This document shows, in pieces, positions 16,014 through 25,819 of a stretch of DNA of 64,000 bases. A program made the translations under genes and the position numbers. Source of the DNA: Candidatus Poseidoniales archaeon (GTDB taxonomy: Archaea; Thermoplasmatota; Poseidoniia; MGIII; CG-Epi1); contig JBJLCC010000011.1 in NCBI GenBank assembly GCA_045567855.1, positions 2,680 to 66,679 on the forward strand, read 5' to 3'. The stretch's first letter is position 1. Each line of letters starts with the position of its first letter. The notes below the pieces were generated by a model that saw only the letters and a program-made list of their open reading frames with translations, searched no databases and had not been told where the DNA came from.

Positions 16014-16940
16014 TTGATGTCATCTATAGAGGAAGTAATTATCATAGGTTCAGGTCCAGCAGGCTATACTGCAGGCTTGTATACTGGAAGAGCAATGCTT
16101 AAACCTAAATTGTTCGCAGGTTTTGCAAGTGGTGGGCAACTAATGCTGACTAGCGATGTAGAAAATTTCCCAGGATATCCTGAAGGTATAAGTGGCCCTG
16201 AAATGATGATGGAATTGAGAGCTCAAGCAGCAAGATTTGGTTGCGATATTGTTGATAAAAATGTAGATTCGATTGATACTAGCTCTCATCCGTTTAAAGT
16301 CAATGTAGGTAAAGAACAATTTTTAACAGAATCAATAATTATTACAACAGGTGCAGAGGCAATATGGCTAGATGCAGCTAATGAAGAGAAGCACAAAGGA
16401 CAAGGAATATCTACCTGTGCCACATGTGACGGTGCATTTTTCAGAAATAAAGAAGTTATAGTAGTTGGAGGCGGAGACTCAGCCATGGAGGAAGCTACTT
16501 TCCTTACTAGATTTTGCAGTAAAGTCACCATTGTTAACAGAAGAGAAGAACTAAGAGCTTCACAAATTATGGCAGATAGAGCCCGAGATAATGATAAGAT
16601 CGAATGGAAATTAAATCGAGTTGTAAAGGAGTGGGTAGGTGAGCAAGGAAATTTCGAAGGAGTTATTCTTGTAGACACTATATCAGGTGAAGAAGAATTA
16701 CTCAAATGTGACGGAGCATTCATAGCTATAGGACACAAGCCTATGACAAATTTCCTAGGAGATCAGATTGAGTTGGATGATCATGGCTACATAGTTCCTA
16801 AAGAAAATACTATGACAAATGTTTCTGGAGTATTCGCAGCAGGGGACGTAGTTGATACGAGGTATCGCCAGGCAATTACTGCAGCAGGTATGGGATGTAT
16901 GGCAGCTATTGATGCTGAAAAATGGTTAGAAGAGAATTAG
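16014..16940 (+). CDS. trxB: thioredoxin-disulfide reductase
   Basis: IIIGSGPAGYTAG FAD motif, redox-active CATCDG, VVGGGDSAMEEA NADPH motif, and FAAGDV. Confidence 0.9.
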   Translation: MMSSIEEVIIIGSGPAGYTAGLYTGRAMLKPKLFAGFASGGQLMLTSDVENFPGYPEGISGPEMMMELRAQAARFGCDIVDKNVDSIDTSSHPFKVNVGKEQFLTESIIITTGAEAIWLDAANEEKHKGQGISTCATCDGAFFRNKEVIVVGGGDSAMEEATFLTRFCSKVTIVNRREELRASQIMADRARDNDKIEWKLNRVVKEWVGEQGNFEGVILVDTISGEEELLKCDGAFIAIGHKPMTNFLGDQIELDDHGYIVPKENTMTNVSGVFAAGDVVDTRYRQAITAAGMGCMAAIDAEKWLEEN

Positions 16941-16986
16941 CTCAAATTAACAATCATTTTTTAGAACCCCCTATTAATGACCATTT

Positions 16987-18030
16987 GTGCAGCGTCAGCT
17001 TTCTCTTAGCAAATCGGAAGATGCCATCAGTCCAATTATAGGTACAGTTTTGATATTGGCGATTATGGTTTCTATTACAGGAACAATGCTTGCTTGGGGT
17101 ATTCCACAAATTCAAGAAAGTGAAGCTTATGCCATTTACACTTCAGCTCAAAATAATTTTCTTAATTTTGATGCAGACTTGGATCAAGTCATAATTCAGG
17201 GAGAGGGTAGTTCACGTTCATCGACAGTTTCTTTCAGTGCAGGAACGTTCGTTCAACGCGAAAATTTAGATGAAATACGTTATTATTACGAAACAACAAA
17301 TTGGTCATCTTTTGAAATCCTCGGAGTAAAGAATGAAGCTAAAAAATTCGCTATTCTCGATAATAAGGAAGTTATTGACAATTTCGTAGTCAATATTTCT
17401 TATCCAAATGGAACTACCTGGGAGGGAATATCTTCATCACATATTGTTTCTGGTTTTCCGTCTTTAGTTTACGGGTCTTCAGCCACTTTTACAAGTACAG
17501 CTAATAATACCGTAGTTGGCGGTTTTCTCATTTATGGCGTAGATTCGCTTTCGTACAAATATTCTTCAGTTTCAGGAGTTTATAAAATGCGTTTATTCAA
17601 CGGTGGAATTGTTACTAGAGAGCCAGGGGGTTTGTTCTCTGTAAGTTCTAAGCCAATTATTCGTTCTATTTCTACAGATGATTCTTACCAGTCTTTGGTT
17701 TTATATCAGACAGATTATAACATGACAACAGGCGCAAAATCGTTGATGGGAGGCAATTATAATTTCGAAGCACGAAATCAAGGAGGTAAAGATTTATCTT
17801 TTGAAGTTTACAATGTCAGAATGGGTTTTACGGGCGATAGTTCAAGAGCGTTGACAACTTATTATTCCACTTATTGGAGTTTTAATTCTGAGACATATAC
17901 AATTTCTAGTAGTAAATCAACAGCAGCAGCCAATATGGGCTTTGAAGAAGACATTTTTTATAATCAAGATACAGCATTTGACTTTAGAATTTTGGAGAGA
18001 ACAATTCATGTTACATTTAACCTCCGATGA
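16987..18030 (+). CDS. archaeal type IV pilin-like protein (large, 347 aa)
   Basis: GTG start. The N-terminus ...SEDAISPIIGTVLILAIMVSITGTMLAWG fits the Pilin_N/class III signal type. The globular part carries multiple N-x-S/T sequons. Confidence 0.7.
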   Translation: MQRQLSLSKSEDAISPIIGTVLILAIMVSITGTMLAWGIPQIQESEAYAIYTSAQNNFLNFDADLDQVIIQGEGSSRSSTVSFSAGTFVQRENLDEIRYYYETTNWSSFEILGVKNEAKKFAILDNKEVIDNFVVNISYPNGTTWEGISSSHIVSGFPSLVYGSSATFTSTANNTVVGGFLIYGVDSLSYKYSSVSGVYKMRLFNGGIVTREPGGLFSVSSKPIIRSISTDDSYQSLVLYQTDYNMTTGAKSLMGGNYNFEARNQGGKDLSFEVYNVRMGFTGDSSRALTTYYSTYWSFNSETYTISSSKSTAAANMGFEEDIFYNQDTAFDFRILERTIHVTFNLR

Positions 18031-18484
18031 TTCAGGTGCCTCACAGTTAATTGGTTACGTATACACAGCATTAATATCAGTTTTAATTTTGTCTTCAATG
18101 ATGCTTACCTCAAGCACTATGCTGAATGGTAGTGTCTCTAATACTGCACAAGAAGAAGCTGAACAACTGGCACTTTATTTTCAATTAGCAGTAGAAGACT
18201 TATTGAATACAGTTAGAGAGTATCCTGGATCATCCCCAGTAATGACTCTCGACACAGGTATTGAAGCAATAAATCATGGAATACAATACAAGGTAACTGG
18301 TTCTACCACAGGACTTAAAGTTACTACAATTCAGCCTCGGGGAGGGTCTTTTGAAGTTACTTTCCCATTAGCGCCTGCAGTATCTATTGAGACTACGAAC
18401 TCTGCATCTCTAAAGTCAACCACTTCTTATATAGTCATATCTTATGATGAAAACCTAAAGGTTGTCACGTTAACCTCAGGATGA
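18008..18484 (+). CDS. pilin-like/minor filament protein
   Basis: The in-frame ATG at 18008 gives MLHLTSDDSGASQLIGYVYTALISVLILSSMM, a short polar leader followed by a hydrophobic helix. It overlaps the upstream gene end by 23 nt. Confidence 0.5.
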   Translation: MLHLTSDDSGASQLIGYVYTALISVLILSSMMLTSSTMLNGSVSNTAQEEAEQLALYFQLAVEDLLNTVREYPGSSPVMTLDTGIEAINHGIQYKVTGSTTGLKVTTIQPRGGSFEVTFPLAPAVSIETTNSASLKSTTSYIVISYDENLKVVTLTSG

Positions 18485-18488
18485 TAAG

Positions 18489-20747
18489 ATGAGTGCTGCA
18501 AAAGAAACAATGGACGGAGCTTCTGCATTAATAGAAGAAGAGGAGGAACAAATTGATGAAACAAAGCTTTCTTGGAGAGAACGTAGAAGATTAAATAAGC
18601 AAAGAAAAGCTGAAGCTAAGAAACGTAAAGCAGCAGAGAAAGATGGTGTAATTCATGACCTAGTTATGGATGATATTGAGATAGGGGAAGATTTTGAAGA
18701 ATTAGACACTTATCCAGTTAGACCTCCTTTTTCATATGTAAGAGTTCTTTTTGATAAGAGAGATTATTCTAGATTTTATTATGTGGTTGAACCTAAGGCT
18801 TCAAAGCAAGAAAACGAAGATTTGCAGACAATAAAAGATGTTTTACAGCGCGCACTTAATATTGAAAGAGATACTCTTGATGAAAGTCAAGAAGATTTTT
18901 TGAAACAAGCTGTTGATGATATTTTAGATAGTTATAGGTTAAAATCTCGTAAGAGTAATCGTCAGAAAATACATTACTACATAGAAAGAGATTTGATAGG
19001 TTATGGTAAAATTGATACAATGATGAAAGATCCTAATATTGAGGATGTTTCTTGTGATGGCCCTGGAGTTGAAATTTTTGTTTACCATAGAAGATTCGAA
19101 TCGTTAAGAACTAATGTAATGTGGGAAGACGAGTTAGAGTTAGAGCAATACATAATTCGTATGGCTCAGCGTTGTGGTAAGCACATTTCAATTGCTGAAC
19201 CTCTTCTTGACGCAACATTAATGGATGGTTCACGTATAGTTATGACATTAGGTAGAGAAGTATCTACCAAAGGTTCTACGTTTACAATTCGGCGTTTTAG
19301 AGATGAACCGTTTACGCCAGTAGATTTACTTGAGTTCAAAACTTTTTCTTCCATGCAAATTGCCTTTTTCTGGCTTGCAATGCAATATGGAATGTCTATG
19401 CTGTTTGTAGGTGGTACAGCTTCAGGAAAGACTACTTCTTTGAATGCATGTTCACTTTTCCTTCCATGGCAACATAAAATAGTAAGTATTGAAGAGACAC
19501 GTGAGTTAAACTTACCACATCCAAACTGGATTCCAGGTTGTACTAGGCAAGGTTTTGGTGGTGAATCGGCAGGAAGTGGTACGAAGGCACCAGGAGAAGT
19601 TGACATGTATGATTTGTTACGTGCAGCTTTGAGAGAACGTCCTGAATACATAATTGTTGGGGAAATTAGAGGGGCCGAAGCTTATGTTCTTTTCCAGGCA
19701 ATGGCAACAGGTCACACAACATATTCAACTTTCCACGCAGATTCAATTCAGAGTTTAGTTCATCGTTTAGAAAATAAGCCAATTGAAATTCCTCGAGTTT
19801 TAATTCCAGCTTTAGATGGTATTTCTATCCAAATTCAAACAAGAGTTGGTGGAAAACGTGTAAGGAGAAATAAGGGTATTATCGAAATTATAGGTATTGA
19901 TCCTCACTCGCATGAATTGCTAACTAATGAAGCTTTTAGATGGGACAATACTGTAGATGAATATATTTTTACAGGTAAATCATACATTTTTGAAAAAATA
20001 ATGATGAAGGCTAATCTCAACCGTGTTGAGATTATGGATGAAACTAAGAGAAGGCAGTTAGTAATTGAGTGGTGTTTGAAGAAAGGAATACGAGATTACA
20101 AAGATTTTGCCAGAGTTGTCGCAGAGTATTACGTACATCCTGAAGATGTAATGAGGAGAGTTTACGAAGATATGCAAGTTGGAGGTAAAAAGCGTAGACG
20201 TAAAGTTGAAGACAGAAACTTAGATTTATCTAGATCAGATGATTCGGAAGTAGATGTTTCGGACTTCCCACCTAAAATTAGGCAGAAGTATCAAACACGT
20301 GAAGCGAAAGAACAAGCTGCCCGAGCTAAAAACGACGCTAAGATTTCACAAACCGATGACCCTACTAAGAGAGCTAATTTGATAGCTAAAGAAGAGCAGA
20401 GAAGGGCAAAAGCTGAAACTAGATTAGAGAGTGATTTGCTAAAAGATCAAGCCTATTATGTACCATTAAAGCAATTAAAACCATTAGCTAAGCAAATAAG
20501 CTTAGGCGATATATCATCATTAAATGAAGTTGAAGGAAGAAGAATGCTTAATGATGTCCGTTCAGAGATGAACAAGAAGTCTAAAGCTGAAACTAATATT
20601 TCAAAAATAGAAGCTTCAGATAAAAAAGAGAAAGCAATATCATCAGAGGAAGAACGTGTATCAAAGTCATTAAACAGCCTAAAAGCTAAGCTAGCAAATA
20701 GGGTTCAGCGTTCAGCGAACCCACGTTGGTGGCATTCATGGCTCTAG
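18489..20747 (+). CDS. type IV filament assembly ATPase (archaeal FlaI/PilB/GspE superfamily) with charged N- and C-terminal extensions
   Basis: Walker A VGGTASGKTTSLNA, GEIRGAEAYVLFQAMATGHTTYSTFHA, and an N-domain PPFSYVRVLF...YYVVEP. A Lys/Glu/Arg-rich tail of about 190 aa follows the ATPase core. Confidence 0.85.
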   Translation: MSAAKETMDGASALIEEEEEQIDETKLSWRERRRLNKQRKAEAKKRKAAEKDGVIHDLVMDDIEIGEDFEELDTYPVRPPFSYVRVLFDKRDYSRFYYVVEPKASKQENEDLQTIKDVLQRALNIERDTLDESQEDFLKQAVDDILDSYRLKSRKSNRQKIHYYIERDLIGYGKIDTMMKDPNIEDVSCDGPGVEIFVYHRRFESLRTNVMWEDELELEQYIIRMAQRCGKHISIAEPLLDATLMDGSRIVMTLGREVSTKGSTFTIRRFRDEPFTPVDLLEFKTFSSMQIAFFWLAMQYGMSMLFVGGTASGKTTSLNACSLFLPWQHKIVSIEETRELNLPHPNWIPGCTRQGFGGESAGSGTKAPGEVDMYDLLRAALRERPEYIIVGEIRGAEAYVLFQAMATGHTTYSTFHADSIQSLVHRLENKPIEIPRVLIPALDGISIQIQTRVGGKRVRRNKGIIEIIGIDPHSHELLTNEAFRWDNTVDEYIFTGKSYIFEKIMMKANLNRVEIMDETKRRQLVIEWCLKKGIRDYKDFARVVAEYYVHPEDVMRRVYEDMQVGGKKRRRKVEDRNLDLSRSDDSEVDVSDFPPKIRQKYQTREAKEQAARAKNDAKISQTDDPTKRANLIAKEEQRRAKAETRLESDLLKDQAYYVPLKQLKPLAKQISLGDISSLNEVEGRRMLNDVRSEMNKKSKAETNISKIEASDKKEKAISSEEERVSKSLNSLKAKLANRVQRSANPRWWHSWL

Positions 20748-21688
20748 TAGGTCTAACTGGTTTCGAAACATTTAGCCGAGTCTTGTTAGGATGGTTCGGC
20801 CGTATGGTAACTAAGGACTCGGTAGAGCTTAAAAATCAATTAGTCAAGGCAAGAATTCCACTCCTACCAGAAGATTATGTGGCCTCATCAGCTATGCAAG
20901 TGATTCTTACCTTTTTAGGTGGAGTCGCTTTTTCGCTTGTTATTGTTGGAGTCTTGGTTCCACAATTAGAAACAATGCAAGATCCAACAAAAGAAGAAGG
21001 TGAAAACTTTGCAGTTTCAAATATAATTCAATATGCACTCATTGCACTTTTAGTATTTGTATTGCCAGCTTTAGTGGCTTTGGTTCAATTTTTGACTCCA
21101 GCTTTATTGGAAAGCAGTAGAGGGACAAATATGGACAGACAAATTCCTTTTGCAGCAAGTTATGTGTCTGCAATGGCTGCAGCTAATGCTACACCTTCAA
21201 TGACTTTTAAGTCACTCGCAAGAAACAAAGACATTTATGGAGAAATAGCGAATGAAGCTGCATGGATTTATCACAGTATGGAATTTATGGGAAGAGATTT
21301 AGTTACAACCCTGAAAGAAGCAGTTGATAGAACGCCTTCAGAAAGATTTGCTGAATTTATTCAAGGAATTATAGGAACAGTTACATCAGGAGGTAATCTA
21401 AAGTTATATTTCCTTAATCGTTCAGAATATTATGCACAACAAAATAGAGTCCATGTGAAAGACGTATTGCAGCAAATGGCTTTGTTTTCGGAAGCTTATG
21501 TGGTTGTAGCCGTTGCATTACCTATTTTTGCTATGATTATTGCAGTTATTACATTCTGGGTTTCAGGTGCAGGCATGAAACTTGAAGAAATACACATGTA
21601 TTTGCTAATTTTTGGAGGATTTCCGGTTATTCAGTCAATTTTTTCAGTTTTATTCTATACTTTGAGTCAGGAGGTTTCGACTGATTAA
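20738..21688 (+). CDS. type IV filament platform protein, single T2SSF domain (TadB/TadC/FlaJ-half-like)
   Basis: TM helices flank a cytoplasmic helical domain (IPFAASYVSAMAAANATP...). The ATG at 20738 (or the TTG at 20726) overlaps the ATPase stop. Confidence 0.65.
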   Translation: MALVGLTGFETFSRVLLGWFGRMVTKDSVELKNQLVKARIPLLPEDYVASSAMQVILTFLGGVAFSLVIVGVLVPQLETMQDPTKEEGENFAVSNIIQYALIALLVFVLPALVALVQFLTPALLESSRGTNMDRQIPFAASYVSAMAAANATPSMTFKSLARNKDIYGEIANEAAWIYHSMEFMGRDLVTTLKEAVDRTPSERFAEFIQGIIGTVTSGGNLKLYFLNRSEYYAQQNRVHVKDVLQQMALFSEAYVVVAVALPIFAMIIAVITFWVSGAGMKLEEIHMYLLIFGGFPVIQSIFSVLFYTLSQEVSTD

Positions 21689-22929
21689 TGACAATTAAAG
21701 GCAACCTTCAAAAGAAAATCTATCGTGATCGCCGAACTGGTGTAAAGAGAAGGTGGATGGAATATAGTAAAGTTAATAGATGGCTATCAGTTAGAGATAA
21801 AGTAACTGATTGGGCTCCAGCGTTCGTGGCTTTTTTTTCTATTGTTTTTGCTTTATTTTTCTTTATGATTGCCAATATTAATAATACTACAGATGAACAA
21901 ACTTTAGTAGTAGATGTAGACGCAGATAAACAATTTGATAATCCTTGGGACATGAATGACGGTCAATTTTCGTTTACGTTTGGAAATACTTACAATGAAG
22001 GTGGAGGTCAGCAAAACCGTGTTGAAGCAATCTATGGTTTAGGCCTACCAATAGCAATACAGAAGAATGAGTCTGTAGATTCCAACCCTCTTGTTGATGG
22101 CATTGAGAACGAAATGACTCCTAACACATGGTATCGTACATTCCCTGAAATATCGGCTATAGATTACATTGTATTTGGCATTATTTCGTTATTTTTACCA
22201 TATGGCGTTTATGGATACCGTAGGGATCAAATTAGAGCTAGAGTTGAGGAAAAATTCCCAGATTTTCTGAGAGACTTAGCTGAATATTGGAAAGGCGGTC
22301 TTAGTATGACTGTAGCTATTCAAACACTTGCAAAAGGAGAATATGGCAATCTTAATGATGAAGTTAATAAGATGTCATCACAAATTTCATGGGGGGTTTC
22401 TTTTGGTGAAGTTTTAGAAATGTTTACTGAGAGAGTGACTTCACCTATAGTCACTCGTGCAGTTAGAATGGTAGATGAAGCCAACAGAGCCGGAGGTAAG
22501 ATTTCGGATATTCTACTTGCCGCTTCTTACGATGCGCGTGAAATTAAAGCTCTTGAAACCGAAAGAAGACAAGAAGTAGGAAGTTATGTTACAGTTATTT
22601 ACGCTTCTTTCTTTGTTTATCTTGGCATTATTCTTGTTTTGGCTTCGACTTTTATTCCTGCAATTGTGGATTCTTCAGCAGCTACAAGCGGTTCAGGTTC
22701 AATGTCTATAGGTAATTTAACAATAAGGGAAATGAATGAGGTTTGGATTTCGACAGTTTTCCTTTACAGTTTACTAATCCAAGGAATGGGAATGGGTATG
22801 GCTGCAGGCTTTATGTCAACTGGAAAATTGTATTCCGCATTTTTACGAGCTTCATTTTTGTTATTCTTAGGCTGGTTTATTTTTGAATTAGCAGGCATTA
22901 CTACATCTATGATAACTCCGCAAATTTAG
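21688..22929 (+). CDS. type IV filament platform protein, single T2SSF domain (second half)
   Basis: FPDFLRDLAEYWKGGLSMTVAIQTLAK...EVNKMSSQISWGVSFGEVLEMF is typical of a T2SSF/FlaJ domain. TAATG overlap with the upstream gene. The periplasmic insert is unusually long. Confidence 0.7.
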   Translation: MTIKGNLQKKIYRDRRTGVKRRWMEYSKVNRWLSVRDKVTDWAPAFVAFFSIVFALFFFMIANINNTTDEQTLVVDVDADKQFDNPWDMNDGQFSFTFGNTYNEGGGQQNRVEAIYGLGLPIAIQKNESVDSNPLVDGIENEMTPNTWYRTFPEISAIDYIVFGIISLFLPYGVYGYRRDQIRARVEEKFPDFLRDLAEYWKGGLSMTVAIQTLAKGEYGNLNDEVNKMSSQISWGVSFGEVLEMFTERVTSPIVTRAVRMVDEANRAGGKISDILLAASYDAREIKALETERRQEVGSYVTVIYASFFVYLGIILVLASTFIPAIVDSSAATSGSGSMSIGNLTIREMNEVWISTVFLYSLLIQGMGMGMAAGFMSTGKLYSAFLRASFLLFLGWFIFELAGITTSMITPQI

Positions 22930-22940
22930 GAAATTATTCA

Positions 22941-23393
22941 ATGAAAAACACGAAGGGACAAATGCATGTTTTAGAGGTATTACTAGTAGGTGTTTTATTC
23001 ACTTCAGCAGTAAATGTAGCGGTAAATATTTTACCCACAAGTGATGCTGATAATTCAGGACAAAACGATCTTTATTTTTTAGGAACGGAAATTTTAGAGT
23101 TGTTAGACAATTGGGCTCCCTTAGATTCGAATATATCCTCAGAGCATAATGGTTCGACATTAGCTTGGTGGTTAGCTACAGATAATAATTCAGAGATAAA
23201 GAAATATCTTGATTCGGGTTTACCTTCCTCAGTATCTTACAGATTGGAAGCGATTCATGGCTCCCAAAATGAAGTCATTGTAAATAGAGAACTTCCAGAT
23301 GGAGAAGTTAGTACTTCATTTAGGATAGTCTGGAGTGATAGTGAGATTTGGAACTTAACCTTACACTTATGGTATGGCTACAGGGAGGCTTAA
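22941..23393 (+). CDS. prepilin-like protein (class III signal MKNTKG/Q)
   Basis: MKNTKGQMHVLEVLLVGVLFTSAV has a short basic leader, a G/Q junction and a hydrophobic helix. Confidence 0.6.
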   Translation: MKNTKGQMHVLEVLLVGVLFTSAVNVAVNILPTSDADNSGQNDLYFLGTEILELLDNWAPLDSNISSEHNGSTLAWWLATDNNSEIKKYLDSGLPSSVSYRLEAIHGSQNEVIVNRELPDGEVSTSFRIVWSDSEIWNLTLHLWYGYREA

Positions 23394-23782
23394 TGAATAC
23401 GAAAGGTCAGCTTCTATTAGTTTCAGGTCTTTTGATGTCCATTACGCTAATAGCAGTCAGTAGTACAATTACGCATTCAGTAAATTTGGGTGCTCATCAA
23501 GGTGAAAGACATGATTTAACTCCTCACATAAGTTCAATTGAAAAGAATTTTCCATTAGCACTAGAACATGAAATAGGGGAAAATGAAGGTTCTTTGGAAA
23601 TCAATGATACATTTAGACAAGTCTCGAAGAATTTTGAATCTTTATTTGCTTCAAGAGGTATTTCGTTGTCTTTTAGTTTGACTTCTTCATCATTAGATTC
23701 AGGAAATCACACGTTTGTATATGATTATACTATGGGTGATGGCATTATCACAATATTATTATCGAAAACAACCGAATTCTAA
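23393..23782 (+). CDS. prepilin-like protein (class III signal MNTKG/Q), paralogous N-terminus
   Basis: The internal ATG at 23393 forms a TAATG overlap with the upstream stop. The N-terminus is MNTKGQLLLVSGLLMSITLIAV. Confidence 0.6.
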   Translation: MNTKGQLLLVSGLLMSITLIAVSSTITHSVNLGAHQGERHDLTPHISSIEKNFPLALEHEIGENEGSLEINDTFRQVSKNFESLFASRGISLSFSLTSSSLDSGNHTFVYDYTMGDGIITILLSKTTEF

Positions 23783-23783
23783 A

Positions 23784-24095
23784 TTAATCTTTAGATCCAA
23801 ATGATGAGATTGTTCTTTTGAACATTCCACCAAAACCAATTACTGTAGTAATTAAAATTCCAACAAACATTAACAAGTATCCTAGGTATAATTGTTCCAA
23901 ATTATTATTAAAATCGGTTTGGTTAGTTTCTCCATTAAGAGCCATTAATCTAATAAGTCCTAGTATGAATCCAGCAATCAATAAAATAAATCCAATACTA
24001 ATTCCTATTTCAGAAGTTGTAAACCCATCTTCCTCTACGTCTGGTTTTCCTTTAAAATCTGGAAAATCATTGTTACCTTTTTCTTCATCAGACAT
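23784..24095 (-). CDS. small 2-TM membrane protein
   Basis: Acidic N-terminus followed by two clear hydrophobic helices. It is preferred over the overlapping antisense ORF at 23818-24102. Confidence 0.45.
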   Translation of the reverse strand: MSDEEKGNNDFPDFKGKPDVEEDGFTTSEIGISIGFILLIAGFILGLIRLMALNGETNQTDFNNNLEQLYLGYLLMFVGILITTVIGFGGMFKRTISSFGSKD

Positions 24096-24139
24096 AATCT
24101 AGCCAGAAATAATAGCTTAATAAGCTTGCCCTTCGAATC

Positions 24140-25741
24140 TCACTTCATTTCTTTATGTTCTAGAGCGGCTTTAACCAATCCAAAATGTAGTGGAGAAGGC
24201 TTATCTGGCCTTGATTTAAATTCAGGATGGAATTGAGATGCCATAAAATAAGGATGATTTTCTAATTCTAGAATCTCCATGCGTCTTCCACTTTTATTTC
24301 TTCCAGTATACTTCATACCTTTTTCTTCAATTTGAGCAATATATTCGGGATTTATTTCATATCTATGGCGGTGCCTTTCGAAAATAATGTCTTTTTTGTA
24401 TAATTCTTTAGCCTTTCCACCAGAGATTACCACCTCATGATCACCTAATCTCATAGTAGCTCCCATATCTTTCACACCTTCTTGTTCAGGTAAAATATCA
24501 ATTATAGGATGTTTAGCATCAGGTTCTAATTCAGAAGAATTTGCATTTTTTAATCCTAAAACATTACGGGCAAATTCTACCGTTGCTAGTTGAAATCCAA
24601 AGCAAACACCGAGATAGGGGGTTTTATTTTCACGAGCCCATTTTGCACTCATAATTTTACCTTCAGATCCTCTACTTCCAAATCCACCTGGAACTAAAAC
24701 TCCATTTACGCCTTCAAGGCTTTCAGTATTTGCACTGTCTTCTAAATCTGGCGCCTCAATCCATCTTATTTTGACCTTACAGTCAAGTAATGCTCCTGCA
24801 TATCTTAGAGATTCTTCATGTGAAATGTAGGAATCTTTCAAATCAGTATATTTTCCTATTAAAGCTATTTCTATAGTTTTGTTACCATTTGAGATTCGGT
24901 CAGCAAAGTCTTTCCATTTTTTTAGATCAGGTCTCTTAGGTTTTAGCCCTAGGCGTTTTTCAACTAGTGCAGGAAGTTTTTGATCTAGAAAAACCATAGG
25001 GACATCATAAATTGATCTTGCATCCGGAGCTGAGATTACACATTCACGAGGTATGTCTGCGAAAAATGCAATTTTAGTAGCGATATCTTCTTCAAGTTTT
25101 GTACTACTCCTTCCTACAATAATATCGGGCCTTATCCCTAGTCCCTGTAGTTCTTTTACAGAATGTTGAGTAGGTTTAGTCTTTTGTTCACCTACAGCCC
25201 CTACGACTGGGACTAATGTGGTGTGTATGACCATAACATTCTCTTTCCCTTCTAATCTTCCTAATAGTCTTACAGATTCCATGAAGGGCATTGATTCAAT
25301 ATCACCTACAGTTCCACCCAATTCAACCATACAAATATCTGCCTTAGCTTCCTTTGCGGCTTTTTGTATACCATCCACAATTTCACGTACTACATGTGGA
25401 ATAATTTGTACTGTTTGGCCGAGATAATCTCCATGCCTCTCTTTTTCAATAACATTTTTGAAAACTTTTCCAGTAGTAATGTTATGATCTTTTGTCAAAT
25501 TACAACTTAAAAATCGCTCATAATTTCCTAAATCTAAATCAACTTCAGATCCATCCGTCATAACAAATACTTCGCCATGCTCGTACGGATTCATAGTCCC
25601 TGCATCTACATTCAGATAGGGGTCAATCTTTACAGCTGTAACTTTGTATCCTGCACGCTGCAGTAGTAGGCCAGTAGAAGACGAGGTAATTCCTTTACCT
25701 ATTCCAGAAAGAACTCCGCCGGTCACAAGTATATATTTCAT
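24140..25741 (-). CDS. pyrG: CTP synthase
   Basis: MKYILVTGGVLSGIGKGI N-terminus, GATase motif LGVCFGFQ, and a length of 533 aa. Confidence 0.95.
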   Translation of the reverse strand: MKYILVTGGVLSGIGKGITSSSTGLLLQRAGYKVTAVKIDPYLNVDAGTMNPYEHGEVFVMTDGSEVDLDLGNYERFLSCNLTKDHNITTGKVFKNVIEKERHGDYLGQTVQIIPHVVREIVDGIQKAAKEAKADICMVELGGTVGDIESMPFMESVRLLGRLEGKENVMVIHTTLVPVVGAVGEQKTKPTQHSVKELQGLGIRPDIIVGRSSTKLEEDIATKIAFFADIPRECVISAPDARSIYDVPMVFLDQKLPALVEKRLGLKPKRPDLKKWKDFADRISNGNKTIEIALIGKYTDLKDSYISHEESLRYAGALLDCKVKIRWIEAPDLEDSANTESLEGVNGVLVPGGFGSRGSEGKIMSAKWARENKTPYLGVCFGFQLATVEFARNVLGLKNANSSELEPDAKHPIIDILPEQEGVKDMGATMRLGDHEVVISGGKAKELYKKDIIFERHRHRYEINPEYIAQIEEKGMKYTGRNKSGRRMEILELENHPYFMASQFHPEFKSRPDKPSPLHFGLVKAALEHKEMK

Positions 25742-25819
25742 TGACTCAACGGACTAATACATGTTAAAAGCTAGCTATAAGAGCGCCGGTCCACTTAAAC
25801 CCCTTTTCAATGATAAGTT

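Noticed and set aside
16286-16738. 150-aa ORF antisense to trxB. Similar long antisense ORFs occur at 19166-19651, 33614-33958, 34279-34581, 43452-43827, 43977-44312, 57001-57415 and 58016-58363.
   Set aside because: Each lies wholly inside a gene with strong family motifs on the opposite strand. Their translations are Ser/Leu/Pro-rich and motif-free, as expected for shadow ORFs.
16987-23782. Calling filament locus 1 an archaellum (fla/arl) operon
   Set aside because: There is no KaiC-like ArlH/FlaH and no ArlF/G or ArlC/D/E. The pilin-like N-termini are of the Pilin_N (AxSPxIG) or short KG/Q type rather than the archaellin type. The platform is split into two genes.
23818-24102. 94-aa plus-strand ORF overlapping the 23784-24095 minus-strand ORF
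   Set aside because: The minus-strand product has a sensible design (acidic head, two TM helices) and follows pyrG in the same orientation. The plus-strand translation looks like an antisense artefact.
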